A DNA stretch of 64,000 nucleotides from Gemmatimonadota bacterium (GTDB lineage: Bacteria > Gemmatimonadota > Gemmatimonadetes > Gemmatimonadales > GWC2-71-9): NCBI GenBank assembly GCA_040002895.1, contig JBDUDP010000001.1:58872-122871 (forward strand). Reading direction: 5' to 3'. Position 1 is the stretch's first letter, and each line of letters opens with the position of its first letter. The translations under genes were made by a program, and so were the position numbers. Under the pieces are notes generated by a model that worked only from the letters and a program-made list of their open reading frames with translations, did no database searches and had not been told where the DNA came from. Positions 54,950-64,000 of this stretch are shown piece by piece.

Positions 54950-55419
54950 CCGCGCAGGTGACTCAGGTGTTGGTGGTCTGTTCCGGCAACACCTGCCGAT
55001 CGCCGTTGGCAGCGGCGATCCTTGCGGATCTGCTCGCCGCCGACGCAGCCCTCGCCGCCTTGACGGTCTCGTCGGCGGGAACGGGCGCCCGCGAGGGCGC
55101 GCCCGCGTCGGAGGGGAGCTACCTCATCGCGCTCGAACGCGGACTCGACCTATCGGCGCACCGTTCCCAGCAAGTGAGCGGCGACATGGTGCGCGAGGCC
55201 GACCTGATCCTGACCATGAGCGAGGCCCACGCCCGCCGCATCGCTGAACTCGGCGGCGCGGGGAAAGTGCACCTGCTGACATCGTTCGCGGGTGGACCGT
55301 CGGGAGACATTCCCGACCCGTTCGGCCAGGACGTTGCCGCCTATCGCGAGACGGCCGACCGGCTGGAGTTGCTGATGGCGCGCGTGGCCGCACGATTGCG
55401 GCGGGCCCAGCCGACATGA
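54946..55419 (+). CDS. low-molecular-weight protein-tyrosine phosphatase
   Basis: 157 aa with P-loop 'VLVVCSGNTCRSPLAAAIL' (CX5R) and 'DIPDPFG'. Confidence 0.88.
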   Translation: MTAQVTQVLVVCSGNTCRSPLAAAILADLLAADAALAALTVSSAGTGAREGAPASEGSYLIALERGLDLSAHRSQQVSGDMVREADLILTMSEAHARRIAELGGAGKVHLLTSFAGGPSGDIPDPFGQDVAAYRETADRLELLMARVAARLRRAQPT

Positions 55420-56225
55420 GGGCGAACGCGGGGACGCGTCTCTTTGCCGTGCTGGGCGACCCCGTGCGGCATTCACTCTCACCACGGTTCCAGAACGCGG
55501 CATTTCGTGCCGCAGGAATCGATGCCACGTACGTCGCGCTGGCCACGACAGCCGCCGACGTTGAACCGCTCATGCGGACGCTGGCGGCAAACGGGGGTGG
55601 GGGCAACGTCACCATTCCGTTCAAGAGCATCGCGGCCGCGGTCACGGCGAACGCGAGTGCGCGCGTGCGCACGCTCGGGGCGGCGAATCTCTTCGGGTCG
55701 GATGCGAGCGGACTCTGCCTCGGCAACACCGATGTTGACGGCATCCTCGCCGCGCTCGATGCAATCGGCGGTGCCGCCGGCCCGTGGTGCATTGTGGGTA
55801 CTGGCGGCAGCGCCCGGGCCGCGGCGGGTGCCGCGATGGAACGGGGGGTGTCGATCGCGGTGAAATCGCGCGATCCAGCGCGTGCCACCGCCTTCGGCGA
55901 GTGGGCCACAGCGCGTGGGCTGGCGCTGGCGGATCCCGACGCCTGCCGGGTTGTGATCAACGCCACGCCGCAGGGGCTCCAGGACGACGATCCGATGCCC
56001 CTGGATCCGGCGAGACTCGACGGCTGTGAGGCGGTGCTCGACCTGACCTACCGTGCCGAGGGAACCACCGCGTGGGTGCGCGCCTGCCGGGCCCACGGTC
56101 TCAACGCCGCGGATGGCCGTGAAGTGCTGGTGCATCAAGGCGCCGCGTCCTGGGCGCTCTGGTTCCCGGAGCAACGGCCGCCGCTCGATGTCATGCGCGC
56201 GGCACTCGATGGCCGCACGCGCTGA
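55416..56225 (+). CDS. aroE: shikimate dehydrogenase
   Basis: 269 aa with 'FAVLGDPVRHSLSPRFQNAAF', 'GGNVTIPFK', 'GNTDVDG' and 'GTGGSARA'. Confidence 0.88.
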   Translation: MRANAGTRLFAVLGDPVRHSLSPRFQNAAFRAAGIDATYVALATTAADVEPLMRTLAANGGGGNVTIPFKSIAAAVTANASARVRTLGAANLFGSDASGLCLGNTDVDGILAALDAIGGAAGPWCIVGTGGSARAAAGAAMERGVSIAVKSRDPARATAFGEWATARGLALADPDACRVVINATPQGLQDDDPMPLDPARLDGCEAVLDLTYRAEGTTAWVRACRAHGLNAADGREVLVHQGAASWALWFPEQRPPLDVMRAALDGRTR

Positions 56226-56973
56226 ACTCGCGCGACGCGTCGAACGCTGGCTGCTCCCGGCGGAGTGCATGTCCTGTCTTGCCCCGGCAACGGGCAGCGA
56301 CGACGGGCTGATCTGTGCGGTCTGCATCATGCGCTGGCGTCCCGTTCCCGAGCCGCGCTGCGGCACCTGCGGTGAGCCGTTGTCGTTCGGCGCCGCGTGC
56401 CGCCTCTGTGCGGCGTGGCCGGCGGGATTCGGGCCGGTGCGCAGCGCCGTCCAATTCGACGAGCGGACCCGGGGACTGGTCCATCGGTTCAAGTACGCCG
56501 GATGGTGGCGGCTGGCGGATGTCTTTGCCGGCCGGATGGCGTCGCTGCTGACCGATGTGGGCGACGGTGACCTCGTCCCGGTTCCCCTGGCGCGCCGTCG
56601 ACTTCGTCGGCGTGGCTACAACCAGGCCGAGCGCCTCGCGGCCGCAATCGCGCGTCAGACCGGTTTGCCGCTGCGCCCGGAGCGACTGCACCGGGACCGC
56701 GAAACCCCCACGCAGACCCGGCTCACGCCGGAAGCGCGGCTGGCAAACCTTGCCGGGGCCTTCACCGCGTCGTCCAGCATTCGGCCGGCATGGCTCGTGG
56801 ACGATGTGTTCACGACCGGGGCCACGTTAACTTCGGCTGCGCAGGCCCTGCTCGACGCCGGCGCGCCGCAGGTGGGCGCCGTCACCTTCGCGCGGGCCGA
56901 ACCGCCGCTGGCTGAGGCGGCTCGACGACTTGGACCCTTCACTCTCCCGATCAGGGATGAGGAGCTTGAATGA
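56209..56973 (+). CDS. ComF family protein (phosphoribosyltransferase fold)
   Basis: Start at ATG 56209 (17-nt overlap with aroE). N-terminal Cys pairs 'CMSC...CAVC...CGTCG...CRLC' and PRTase motif '[13 protein letters not shown]'. Confidence 0.82.
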   Translation: MAARAELARRVERWLLPAECMSCLAPATGSDDGLICAVCIMRWRPVPEPRCGTCGEPLSFGAACRLCAAWPAGFGPVRSAVQFDERTRGLVHRFKYAGWWRLADVFAGRMASLLTDVGDGDLVPVPLARRRLRRRGYNQAERLAAAIARQTGLPLRPERLHRDRETPTQTRLTPEARLANLAGAFTASSSIRPAWLVDDVFTTGATLTSAAQALLDAGAPQVGAVTFARAEPPLAEAARRLGPFTLPIRDEELE

Positions 56974-57983
56974 GCAAGATTCGCGTGGCCATCAATGGAT
57001 TCGGTCGCATCGGACGCAACGTCGTGCGCGCGGCGCTGGCGGCGGGTCGGGATGACATCGACTTTGTCGCCGTCAATGACCTGACCGACACCAAGACGCT
57101 GGCACATCTTCTCAAATACGACTCCGTCCACGGCCGCTTTCCGGCAACGGTGACCGCGGTCGAGGGTGGCCTCGACGTGGGTGGCGATTTGATGCGCGTC
57201 TTCTCGGAGCGCGATCCGGCCAAGCTGCCGTGGGCCGAGCTCGGCGTTGACATCGTGCTCGAGTCCACGGGCCACTTCACCGATCGCGACAAGGCCGCGC
57301 TGCATCTCGCGGCCGGCGCCAAGAAGGTCCTCATCTCGGCACCGGCGAAAGGGGAAGACAAGACCTTTGTCTACGGCGTGAATCACCTCGCCTATGACCC
57401 GGCGCGCCACCACGTGATCTCCAACGCCTCGTGCACGACCAACTGTCTGGTACCGGTGGTGCAGGTGATCCGCGAACAGTTCGGCTTTGTCCGTGGCTTC
57501 ATGACCACGGTGCATAGCTACACCAACGACCAGAACATTCTGGACCTGCCACACAAGGACCTCCGCCGCGCGCGTGCGGCCGCCCTCTCGATCATTCCGA
57601 CATCGACCGGTGCCGCCAAGGCGACCGCCCTCGTGATCCCGGAAGTGAAGGGCAAGATCGACGGCATCGCGCTGCGCGTGCCCACCGCTGACGTCTCCCT
57701 CGTGGACCTGACCTGCACCGTTGAACGGAGCACCACGGTGGACGAGGTCAACGCGGCGTTCCGCGCGGCCGCCGAGGGAGCGCTCAAGGGCGTGCTGTTC
57801 GTGAGCGATGAGCCGTTGGTATCGGTGGACTACATCGGCAACCTTGCCTCCAGCACCGTCGACGCGCTCTCGACCGGCGTCGTGGATGGCACCCTGGTGC
57901 ATGTCTCGTCGTGGTACGACAACGAGATGGGCTATTCGGCCCGGTGTGTCGATATGATCCGCCACATCGGATCGCAATTGTGA
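56970..57983 (+). CDS. gap: type I glyceraldehyde-3-phosphate dehydrogenase
   Basis: 337 aa with '[13 protein letters not shown]', '[10 protein letters not shown]' and 'WYDNEMGYS'. Confidence 0.96.
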   Translation: MSKIRVAINGFGRIGRNVVRAALAAGRDDIDFVAVNDLTDTKTLAHLLKYDSVHGRFPATVTAVEGGLDVGGDLMRVFSERDPAKLPWAELGVDIVLESTGHFTDRDKAALHLAAGAKKVLISAPAKGEDKTFVYGVNHLAYDPARHHVISNASCTTNCLVPVVQVIREQFGFVRGFMTTVHSYTNDQNILDLPHKDLRRARAAALSIIPTSTGAAKATALVIPEVKGKIDGIALRVPTADVSLVDLTCTVERSTTVDEVNAAFRAAAEGALKGVLFVSDEPLVSVDYIGNLASSTVDALSTGVVDGTLVHVSSWYDNEMGYSARCVDMIRHIGSQL

Positions 57984-59176
57984 GCAAGCGCACGCTGGCG
58001 CAACTCGAGGGGAGTCGGCTCGATGGCCAGCGCGTGGTAGTGCGGGTGGACTTCAACGTGCCGATCACCGATGGGGTGGTCGGCGACGACACCCGACTGC
58101 GGGCCTCGCTCCCCACCATTCGTTACCTGCGTGAGAAGGGCGCGCGCGTGGTGCTGCTGTCCCACCTCGGCCGCCCCAAGGGTGTCCCGGATCCGCGCTA
58201 CTCGCTGAAACCGGTGGCGCGGGCGCTGGAGAAGCTGCTCGGTATCCCGATCACCTTTCTCGCCGACCCCACCAGTGATGCCGCCGTCGCCGCGGTGCGC
58301 CACATGCCGCGCGGCGGGGTGGCTCTGGCCGAGAACACTCGCTTCTACCCCGGCGAGGAAACCAACGATCCAGCGCTGGCGGATCGATTCGCGCTCCTGG
58401 GCGACCTGTATGTCAACGATGCCTTCGGGTCGGCGCATCGCGCGCACGCGAGCACCGAGGCCATTGCACATCGGCTCAAGCCGGCCGTCTCGGGCTTCCT
58501 GATGGAGCGGGAACTCAAGTTCCTGGGCGAGGCGATCGAGGCACCGGCACGGCCGTTCGTGGCGATTCTTGGCGGCGCGAAGATCTCGGGCAAGATCGAC
58601 CTGATCGAGTCCTTGCTCCCCAAGGTCGACCAGATCCTGATCGGCGGCGCCATGGCGTGCACCTTTTTCAAGGCCATGGGACTCGAGACCGGCAACTCAC
58701 TTGTGGAACCGGATCGTGTCGAGATGGCGGCGACGTTGCTGGCCAAGGGTGGCGACACGCTCGTGCTTCCCACGGGCGCGGTCATTGCGGAAACACTCGC
58801 CGCCAACGTGCCGACGCAGTCGGTTGCCCGCGACCAGATTCCCGCCGGCTGGGCGATGTTCGACATCGATGACACCAGCGTTGCGCACTTTCGCACCATC
58901 ATCCTCGGCGCGGGAACCGTCATCTGGAACGGCCCGATGGGTGTGTTCGAGACTCCGCCGTTTGACGCGGGCACCCTCGGCGTGGCCCATGCGCTCGCGG
59001 ACGCCACGGCGGCGGGTGCGATCACGATTGTCGGCGGCGGTGATTCCGCAGCGGCCATTGCGGTAGCCGGATTGGAGGATCGCGTCTCGCACGTGTCGAC
59101 TGGCGGCGGTGCGTCGCTGGAGTTCCTTGAAGGAAAGACACTGCCGGGCCTCGCGGCCCTGGATGACCTGCCATGA
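57980..59176 (+). CDS. pgk: phosphoglycerate kinase
   Basis: GTG 57980 (GTGA overlap). Contains '[10 protein letters not shown]', '[10 protein letters not shown]', '[14 protein letters not shown]' and 'GGGDSAAA'. Confidence 0.95.
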   Translation: MSKRTLAQLEGSRLDGQRVVVRVDFNVPITDGVVGDDTRLRASLPTIRYLREKGARVVLLSHLGRPKGVPDPRYSLKPVARALEKLLGIPITFLADPTSDAAVAAVRHMPRGGVALAENTRFYPGEETNDPALADRFALLGDLYVNDAFGSAHRAHASTEAIAHRLKPAVSGFLMERELKFLGEAIEAPARPFVAILGGAKISGKIDLIESLLPKVDQILIGGAMACTFFKAMGLETGNSLVEPDRVEMAATLLAKGGDTLVLPTGAVIAETLAANVPTQSVARDQIPAGWAMFDIDDTSVAHFRTIILGAGTVIWNGPMGVFETPPFDAGTLGVAHALADATAAGAITIVGGGDSAAAIAVAGLEDRVSHVSTGGGASLEFLEGKTLPGLAALDDLP

Positions 59177-59937
59177 GCCGTTCGCTGCTGTTCGCCGCCA
59201 ACTGGAAGATGCATCTGGCCCCGGGCGAGGCGCGCACCTTTCTCGATCGCTTTCTCGCCGTCGACACTCCGCGCGCCGATCGATCGGTGATGTTCTTTCC
59301 GCCCGCCGTCTCGCTCGAGACGGTGGCCACCCACCTGCGCGGTCATGACCACCTTCTCGCCGGCGCCCAAGATGTGCATTGGGAGGCGAAGGGTGCCTTC
59401 ACGGGTGCGATCTCGGTGCCCCTGGCACGAGGCGCCGGCGCGGCGGCCGCGCTGGTGGGCCACAGCGAGCGCCGGCACGTGTTCGGTGAGACCGATGAGG
59501 AGACCAACCGCAAGGTGCGCGCGGTGGCCGACGGCGGCCTACTCGCGATGCTCTGCGTGGGCGAGACCCTCGCGCAACGCGAATCGGGGGCCACGCAGTC
59601 GGTGGTGACGCGGCAGCTGCGGGTCGGCCTCGCCGGCCTCGCGTCGCATGCCGAGCTGGTGATCGCCTATGAGCCCGTCTGGGCCATCGGGACCGGGCGC
59701 AATGCCACGCCCGCGGACGCCGCCACCGTGCACCTGAGCATCCGCAACGTGCTGGGCGAGTTGGGCTTCCCTCGGGAGACCCGGGTGCTCTATGGCGGGT
59801 CGGTAAAGCGTGAGAACGTGGCCGAGCTGCTGGCGGAGCGAGAGATTGACGGGGTGTTGGTGGGTGGAGCCTCCCTCGATCCCGACGGCTGGGCCTCAAT
59901 CTGTGCCACGGTGGCACCCGGGGCGCCGGGGCGTTGA
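59173..59937 (+). CDS. tpiA: triose-phosphate isomerase
   Basis: 254 aa with 'FAANWKMH', 'VGHSERR', 'AYEPVWAIGTG' and 'YGGSV'. Confidence 0.95.
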   Translation: MSRSLLFAANWKMHLAPGEARTFLDRFLAVDTPRADRSVMFFPPAVSLETVATHLRGHDHLLAGAQDVHWEAKGAFTGAISVPLARGAGAAAALVGHSERRHVFGETDEETNRKVRAVADGGLLAMLCVGETLAQRESGATQSVVTRQLRVGLAGLASHAELVIAYEPVWAIGTGRNATPADAATVHLSIRNVLGELGFPRETRVLYGGSVKRENVAELLAEREIDGVLVGGASLDPDGWASICATVAPGAPGR

Positions 59938-59993
59938 GCCGCGAGGGACCCCCGGTTATTATTGCAGGCTAGGCTAAAACCAAGGAAGACACT

Positions 59994-60377
59994 GTGTTCG
60001 GCTTTCTGCTCGTACTGATGATTCTCGATGGATTGCTGCTGTCGGTCGTGGTCCTGATGCAGGCCGGTCAGGGCGGCGGGCTCGCATCGCTCGGCGGCGG
60101 CGGCGCCTCGCAGGTCCTCGGCGGACGTCACGCCACGACCCTGCTCACGAAGACCACGTGGTGGACCGGTGGAATCTTCATGGCCCTCGCGCTGTTGCTC
60201 TCGCTGACCTTCTCGCGTCGCAACGGTGGCTCCACCGAACTGCAGCAACAGTTGCGGCAGGGAGCCGCGGCCGAAACCCCGGTCGCCCCGATTCAGGGGA
60301 CCACCGCTCCGGCACCCATTCCCACGACCACCACGCCGGCACCGGCCAGCACGACGCCGACCGGGAAGCAACCGTGA
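59994..60377 (+). CDS. secG: preprotein translocase subunit SecG (with Pro/Thr-rich C-terminal tail)
   Basis: GTG 59994, with AAGGAAG 8 nt upstream. Contains 'LLSVVVLMQAGQGGGLASLGGGGASQVLG'. The tail is 'APIQGTTAPAPIPTTTTPAPASTTPTGKQP'. Confidence 0.85.
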   Translation: MFGFLLVLMILDGLLLSVVVLMQAGQGGGLASLGGGGASQVLGGRHATTLLTKTTWWTGGIFMALALLLSLTFSRRNGGSTELQQQLRQGAAAETPVAPIQGTTAPAPIPTTTTPAPASTTPTGKQP

Positions 60378-61510
60378 CGCTGCACGACGCAGGCGGGAGC
60401 AATCGTCCCGCCTACGTTCTGCTCGAAGATGGGACCTGGTATGCTGGTCAGCTGGTCGGTCCGGTGGAGCAGGGAATCGGTGAGGTGGTCTTCACCACCA
60501 ACATGACCGGCTATCAGGAAACGTTCACGGATCCCAGCTATCTCGGGCAGATCGTCGTGATGACGGCACCGATGATCGGCAACTACGGGATCACCGACGA
60601 CGACGATGAGTCGTCCGGTCCGCAGGTCAGCGGCGTGGTCGTGCGCGAACTCTCCCGCCAGCACTCCAATTGGCAGGCCACGCAATCGCTCCCCGAGTGG
60701 TTGGCCGAGGCCGGCATTCCCGTCATCACCGGCGTCGACACGCGCCGGCTCACCCGGCATCTTCGGGAACGGGGTTCGATGCGCGGCGTGATCGCCGAAG
60801 GGGCAGAGCCCACCGAGTCGGTTCGGGCTGCGCTGCTTGCCTCGCCGTCCATGGAAGGGCTCGACCTCGCGACGCGCGCCAGCACGCCGGAGTCGTACAC
60901 CCAGGGTGAGGGCCCGCTCGTGGTCGCGATCGACTACGGCATGAAACGGAACATCGTTCGGATGCTGGAGGCCACCGGCCTGCGGGTCGAGGTCGTCCCG
61001 GCCCAGACCACTGCCGCCGAAGTGTTGGCGCGGGAGCCTGCGGGACTGTTCCTGTCGAATGGCCCCGGCGACCCCGCGCCCCTCGATTACGCCCATCAAA
61101 CCATCCGTACGCTGACCGACTCCGGGCTGCCGACCTTCGGGATCTGCCTCGGTCACCAGCTCCTCGGCATCGCCTACGGGGGGCAGACGACCAAGCTCTC
61201 CTACGGCCACAGGGGCGGGAATCACCCCGTCAAGGAGCTTTCGAGCGGTCGGGTGCTCATCACCACCCAGAACCATGGGTTTGCGGTCGAGGGAGACGCC
61301 CAGGGGGTCCCCGGGGCCCCGGATCTCGAGGTGACCCACCTCAATCTCAACGACGGGACCGTGGAAGGGCTTCGGCACCGGACCCTGCCGGTCTTCGCGG
61401 TCCAGTACCATCCCGAGGCGGCCCCGGGGCCCCACGACGCCTACCCCCACTTCGGGGAGTTCCTTCAGGCGATCCGTGACCGGGCGGCCCAAAAGGGCGC
61501 AACCTCTTGA
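60374..61510 (+). CDS. carA: carbamoyl-phosphate synthase small (glutaminase) subunit
   Basis: GTG 60374 (GTGA overlap). Contains 'GEVVFTTNMTGYQETFTDPSY', 'GICLGHQLL', 'HGFAV' and 'SVQYHPEA'-like 'AVQYHPEA'. Confidence 0.93.
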   Translation: MTLHDAGGSNRPAYVLLEDGTWYAGQLVGPVEQGIGEVVFTTNMTGYQETFTDPSYLGQIVVMTAPMIGNYGITDDDDESSGPQVSGVVVRELSRQHSNWQATQSLPEWLAEAGIPVITGVDTRRLTRHLRERGSMRGVIAEGAEPTESVRAALLASPSMEGLDLATRASTPESYTQGEGPLVVAIDYGMKRNIVRMLEATGLRVEVVPAQTTAAEVLAREPAGLFLSNGPGDPAPLDYAHQTIRTLTDSGLPTFGICLGHQLLGIAYGGQTTKLSYGHRGGNHPVKELSSGRVLITTQNHGFAVEGDAQGVPGAPDLEVTHLNLNDGTVEGLRHRTLPVFAVQYHPEAAPGPHDAYPHFGEFLQAIRDRAAQKGATS

Positions 61511-61589
61511 CAGACAACGCTTAAGGGTCGTACATATCGGCCCGATGGTGGCTGTTCCTGAGCCCCCCAGGCATCTCCCCGAGGGAGCG

Positions 61590-61931
61590 ATGACCAAGGC
61601 CGATCTCGTCGAACAGGTGACTGCCGCAATCGCCCGCACTTCAGGGCCGATGATTTCCAAGAAGGACTGCGCACGCGTAGTCGACGCCTTCCTGGACGCG
61701 GTGAAACTCGCCATGCGTGACCAGCACAACATCGAGGTTCGCGGTTTCGGAACCTTCAAGATTCGTCGGCGCAAGACGCGCATGGCGCGCAATCCGCGCA
61801 CCGGCGATCCGGTGGAAGTTGCCGCCCGGCCGGTGCCTGTCTTCAAGCCCAGCAAGGAGTTACGTGCGTTGGTGGCACACGAGGAGTACATCTCCGACGA
61901 ATCGGAGATGGGGGACGACGACGACGAGTGA
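61590..61931 (+). CDS. HU/IHF family DNA-binding protein with acidic C-terminal tail
   Basis: Start at ATG 61590 (GAGGGAG RBS). Contains 'MTKADLVEQV', 'VRGFGTFKIRRRKTRMARNPRTGDPVEVAARPVPVFKPSKEL' and the tail 'DESEMGDDDDE'. Confidence 0.85.
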   Translation: MTKADLVEQVTAAIARTSGPMISKKDCARVVDAFLDAVKLAMRDQHNIEVRGFGTFKIRRRKTRMARNPRTGDPVEVAARPVPVFKPSKELRALVAHEEYISDESEMGDDDDE

Positions 61932-62173
61932 CCCGTTTCAGCGTGTTGTTGTTTGCTCGATACGCGGAACTCCTTGGTAGCGAGCGAGTTGAGATCGATC
62001 TGCCGGCCAGCGCGACGGCAGCGGAGCTCATTGATGCCCTCCGGCGAATGCCGGGGGGCGCGTTGCTTCCTAGCCATCCATTCCTGGCGATGAATCATTC
62101 GCAAGTCCGTTCGGGGCAGCAGCTTGACCCGGACGCAGAGTTGGCCTTGCTGCCGCCGATGGCCGGGGGCTGA
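61928..62173 (+). CDS. moaD: molybdopterin synthase sulfur-carrier subunit
   Basis: 81 aa with a ubiquitin-like fold pattern, ending in 'LLPPMAGG'. GTGA overlap with the upstream gene. Confidence 0.85.
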   Translation: MTRFSVLLFARYAELLGSERVEIDLPASATAAELIDALRRMPGGALLPSHPFLAMNHSQVRSGQQLDPDAELALLPPMAGG

Positions 62174-62178
62174 GCTCG

Positions 62179-62622
62179 ATGGCGTTTCTCCAGCGCGATC
62201 CGCTTGAACTCGAACCACTGGTTCACGACATCTCGGCGCCCACGAACGGTGCCGTCGCGACCTTTGCGGGCATCGTCCGCGACCACCACGCTGGGCGGGG
62301 TGTGGTCGGGCTCAGCTACTCGGCCTATGAGCCGATGGCCGAGGCCATCTGCCGCCAGATCGTCATCGAGGCGGAACAGCAATTCGATGCGCGAGTGGGA
62401 CTGGTGCATCGGCTGGGCGAGGTGGCGATCGGCGAGGCGGCGGTCCTGGTGGCTGCAGTGGCGGCGCACCGCGGCCCGGCGTTCGATGCGGTGCGCTGGG
62501 TGATCGACGCCGTGAAGTCACGGGTGCCGATCTGGAAGCGCGAACGGTATGCGGACGGCAGCGAGGCGTGGGTTGATCCCACTGCGGTGGCCGGTGTGGT
62601 CCCGGCGGGGATCCCCGGATGA
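62179..62622 (+). CDS. moaE: molybdopterin synthase catalytic subunit
   Basis: 147 aa with 'GAVATFAGIVRDHH', 'LSYSAYEPMAE', 'AAHRGPAFDA' and 'VPIWKRERY'. Confidence 0.88.
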   Translation: MAFLQRDPLELEPLVHDISAPTNGAVATFAGIVRDHHAGRGVVGLSYSAYEPMAEAICRQIVIEAEQQFDARVGLVHRLGEVAIGEAAVLVAAVAAHRGPAFDAVRWVIDAVKSRVPIWKRERYADGSEAWVDPTAVAGVVPAGIPG

Positions 62623-63650
62623 ACGCCGTGCTCGATCGGTTCCGACGCCCACTGGGCTCGCTGCGCATCTCGGTCACCGATCGCTGCAACCTCCGTTGTC
62701 GCTATTGCATGCCCGAGGCGGAATACATCTGGCTGCCGCGTGCGTCGCTGCTGAGCTTCGAGGAGCTCGTGCGAGTGGCTGCTGCCTTCGCCCGGAACGG
62801 CGTCAGCAAGTTGCGGCTCACGGGTGGCGAGCCGCTGCTGCGTCAAGGACTTCCCGATCTGGTGGCGATGCTGCGCCGCATTCCCGGGATCCAGGAGATT
62901 GCGCTCACCACCAACGGTCTCCTGCTTGCGCCCTTGGCCGTCCCGCTCCGCGAGGCGGGGCTCGATCGGATCACGATGAGCCTCGACACGCTTCAACCGG
63001 AGCGGATGCTGGCATTCGCACGCAGCAGCCATCACGCCGATGCGCTCGCCGGACTCGACGCCGCACGGGTGGCGGGCTTCCGCAACCTGAAGCTCAACAC
63101 GGTCGTGGTGCGCGGCTTCAACGACGATGAGCTCGTCCCACTGGTGCGATTCGCGCACGAGCGCGGTGTCGAACCGCGACTGATCGAGTACATGGACGTG
63201 GGCGGTGCGACGCAGTGGCGGCAGGAGGACGTCGTCTCACGGGACGAAATGCTCAGCTGCCTTGCCGACGCGTTCGGCGGGGCGATGCCGATCTCCCATG
63301 ACGCGGACCCGCGCGCCCCGGCCCGTCGGTATCGGCTCGGAAACGGAGCAGTCGTCGGCATCGTCGCCTCGACCACCGCACCGTTCTGCAGTGACTGCGA
63401 TCGCGCCCGGCTCACCGCCGACGGCACCTTCTTCCGCTGCCTGTACGGGGTGGATGGCATTGACCTGCGGGAACCGATTCGCACCCTCCAGTCCGACGCT
63501 GCCCTCGAGGAGCTCATCGCCGAGGCCTGGCGGGCGCGGAACGATCGTGGGGCCGAGGCGCGAGTCGGGATAGCCGGGAGGGGGATTTTGGTGCAACTCG
63601 AGGGCCTGAAGGCCGATCCCCGCCGGGAGATGCACGTGCGTGGCGGCTGA
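62619..63650 (+). CDS. moaA: GTP 3',8-cyclase (radical SAM)
   Basis: 343 aa with 'LRISVTDRCNLRCRYCMP', 'LRLTGGEPLL', 'FIEYMDVGG'-like 'LIEYMDVGG' and 'FCSDCDRARLTADG'. Confidence 0.93.
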   Translation: MNAVLDRFRRPLGSLRISVTDRCNLRCRYCMPEAEYIWLPRASLLSFEELVRVAAAFARNGVSKLRLTGGEPLLRQGLPDLVAMLRRIPGIQEIALTTNGLLLAPLAVPLREAGLDRITMSLDTLQPERMLAFARSSHHADALAGLDAARVAGFRNLKLNTVVVRGFNDDELVPLVRFAHERGVEPRLIEYMDVGGATQWRQEDVVSRDEMLSCLADAFGGAMPISHDADPRAPARRYRLGNGAVVGIVASTTAPFCSDCDRARLTADGTFFRCLYGVDGIDLREPIRTLQSDAALEELIAEAWRARNDRGAEARVGIAGRGILVQLEGLKADPRREMHVRGG

Positions 63651-63722
63651 TTCCGCCCGATGCGAAACCGTCGTGCTCCCCATTACGTCTGTGCCCTGAC
63701 CTCAACCCCGGAAGCCCTCCTC

Positions 63723-64000
63723 ATGTCCGCTCGTGCTGCACTTGCTGCCCTGACCTTGACCACCTTCGTTGCCGGTTCGGCCGCGGCACAGGCCAAGCCC
63801 ATGCCGGTCAAATATGTCGGTCCTCCCACCGTGGCCGCGATCACGGCGGGGGACCTGATGACCCGGCTGTACATCTACGCCGACGACTCGCTCATGGGTC
63901 GCCAGGTCGGCACCGAGTACAACCTCAAGGCGACGGCGTACATCGAGCGCGAGGTCCGACGACTCGGCCTCAAGCCGGCCGGTGACGATGGCGGCTACTT
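63723..64000 (+). CDS. secreted peptidase, probably M28 family (5' part only, runs off the window)
   Basis: Start at ATG 63723. Signal peptide 'MSARAALAALTLTTFVAGSAAAQA'. 'LMTRLYIYADDSLMGRQVGTEYNLKATAYIEREVRRLGLKPAGDDGGY' resembles the N-terminal region of M28 aminopeptidases. It is absent from the ORF track because there is no stop in the window. Confidence 0.45.
   Translation, partial: MSARAALAALTLTTFVAGSAAAQAKPMPVKYVGPPTVAAITAGDLMTRLYIYADDSLMGRQVGTEYNLKATAYIEREVRRLGLKPAGDDGGY

Noticed and set aside
61928-61940. A Moco riboswitch upstream of moaD/moaA, and a Mg2+ (M-box) leader upstream of mgtE (17138).
   Set aside because: Both genes start with 4-nt overlaps onto the preceding gene, which leaves no leader region for a riboswitch.

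Overview
This is 64 kb of a very GC-rich chromosome from a diderm bacterium. Evidence for diderm: a TonB-type outer-membrane barrel and lipobox lipoproteins. Third codon positions are almost all G/C, so the six-frame track is full of long spurious antisense ORFs. The phylum cannot be determined without a database search.

I call 70 protein-coding genes. One may be open at the 5' window edge and one is open at the 3' edge. I also call one decayed gene remnant (panD-like), one tRNA-Leu(CAA), one heptanucleotide tandem repeat, one clear bidirectional terminator and a few low-confidence promoter or operator candidates. I saw no rRNA, CRISPR array, transposase, integrase, phage gene or recognisable toxin or defence gene.

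Most of the window is core housekeeping:
- trpA-folK-panBC
- aspS-phoH-ybeY-CNNM-CNNM-mgtE
- rng, then rplU-rpmA
- A 16.5-kb co-directional run: yicC-gmk-rpoZ-coaBC-udg-dnaB-radA-ispD-tsaC-ptp-aroE-comF-gap-pgk-tpiA-secG-carA-ihf-moaDEA

About half of all gene junctions are 1-17 nt start/stop overlaps.

The most unusual locus is the tightly coupled operon at about 18.5-30.0 kb. It holds a MeaB-type G-protein and a split B12 acyl-CoA mutase whose specificity residues are the isobutyryl-CoA-mutase type (Phe/Gln), not the methylmalonyl type. An eRF1/Pelota-like protein with GGR in place of GGQ sits between the two mutase subunits. Downstream are an orphan carboxyltransferase, a 943-aa S8 lipoprotein peptidase, a split AtuA, an enoyl-CoA hydratase and a 56-aa membrane peptide.

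Other points worth a second look:
- A 48-codon panD remnant coupled to panC
- (TCATCTG)x8 filling a convergent intergenic gap
- A leishmanolysin-like lipoprotein
- A 535-bp non-coding leader before rng
- A sigma-54-type promoter candidate
- An ArsR-SdpI-hydrolase trio
- An ECF-sigma module next to NfeD-FloA-YqfB

All functional calls rest on motifs I recognise by eye. No similarity search, HMM or folding computation was run.
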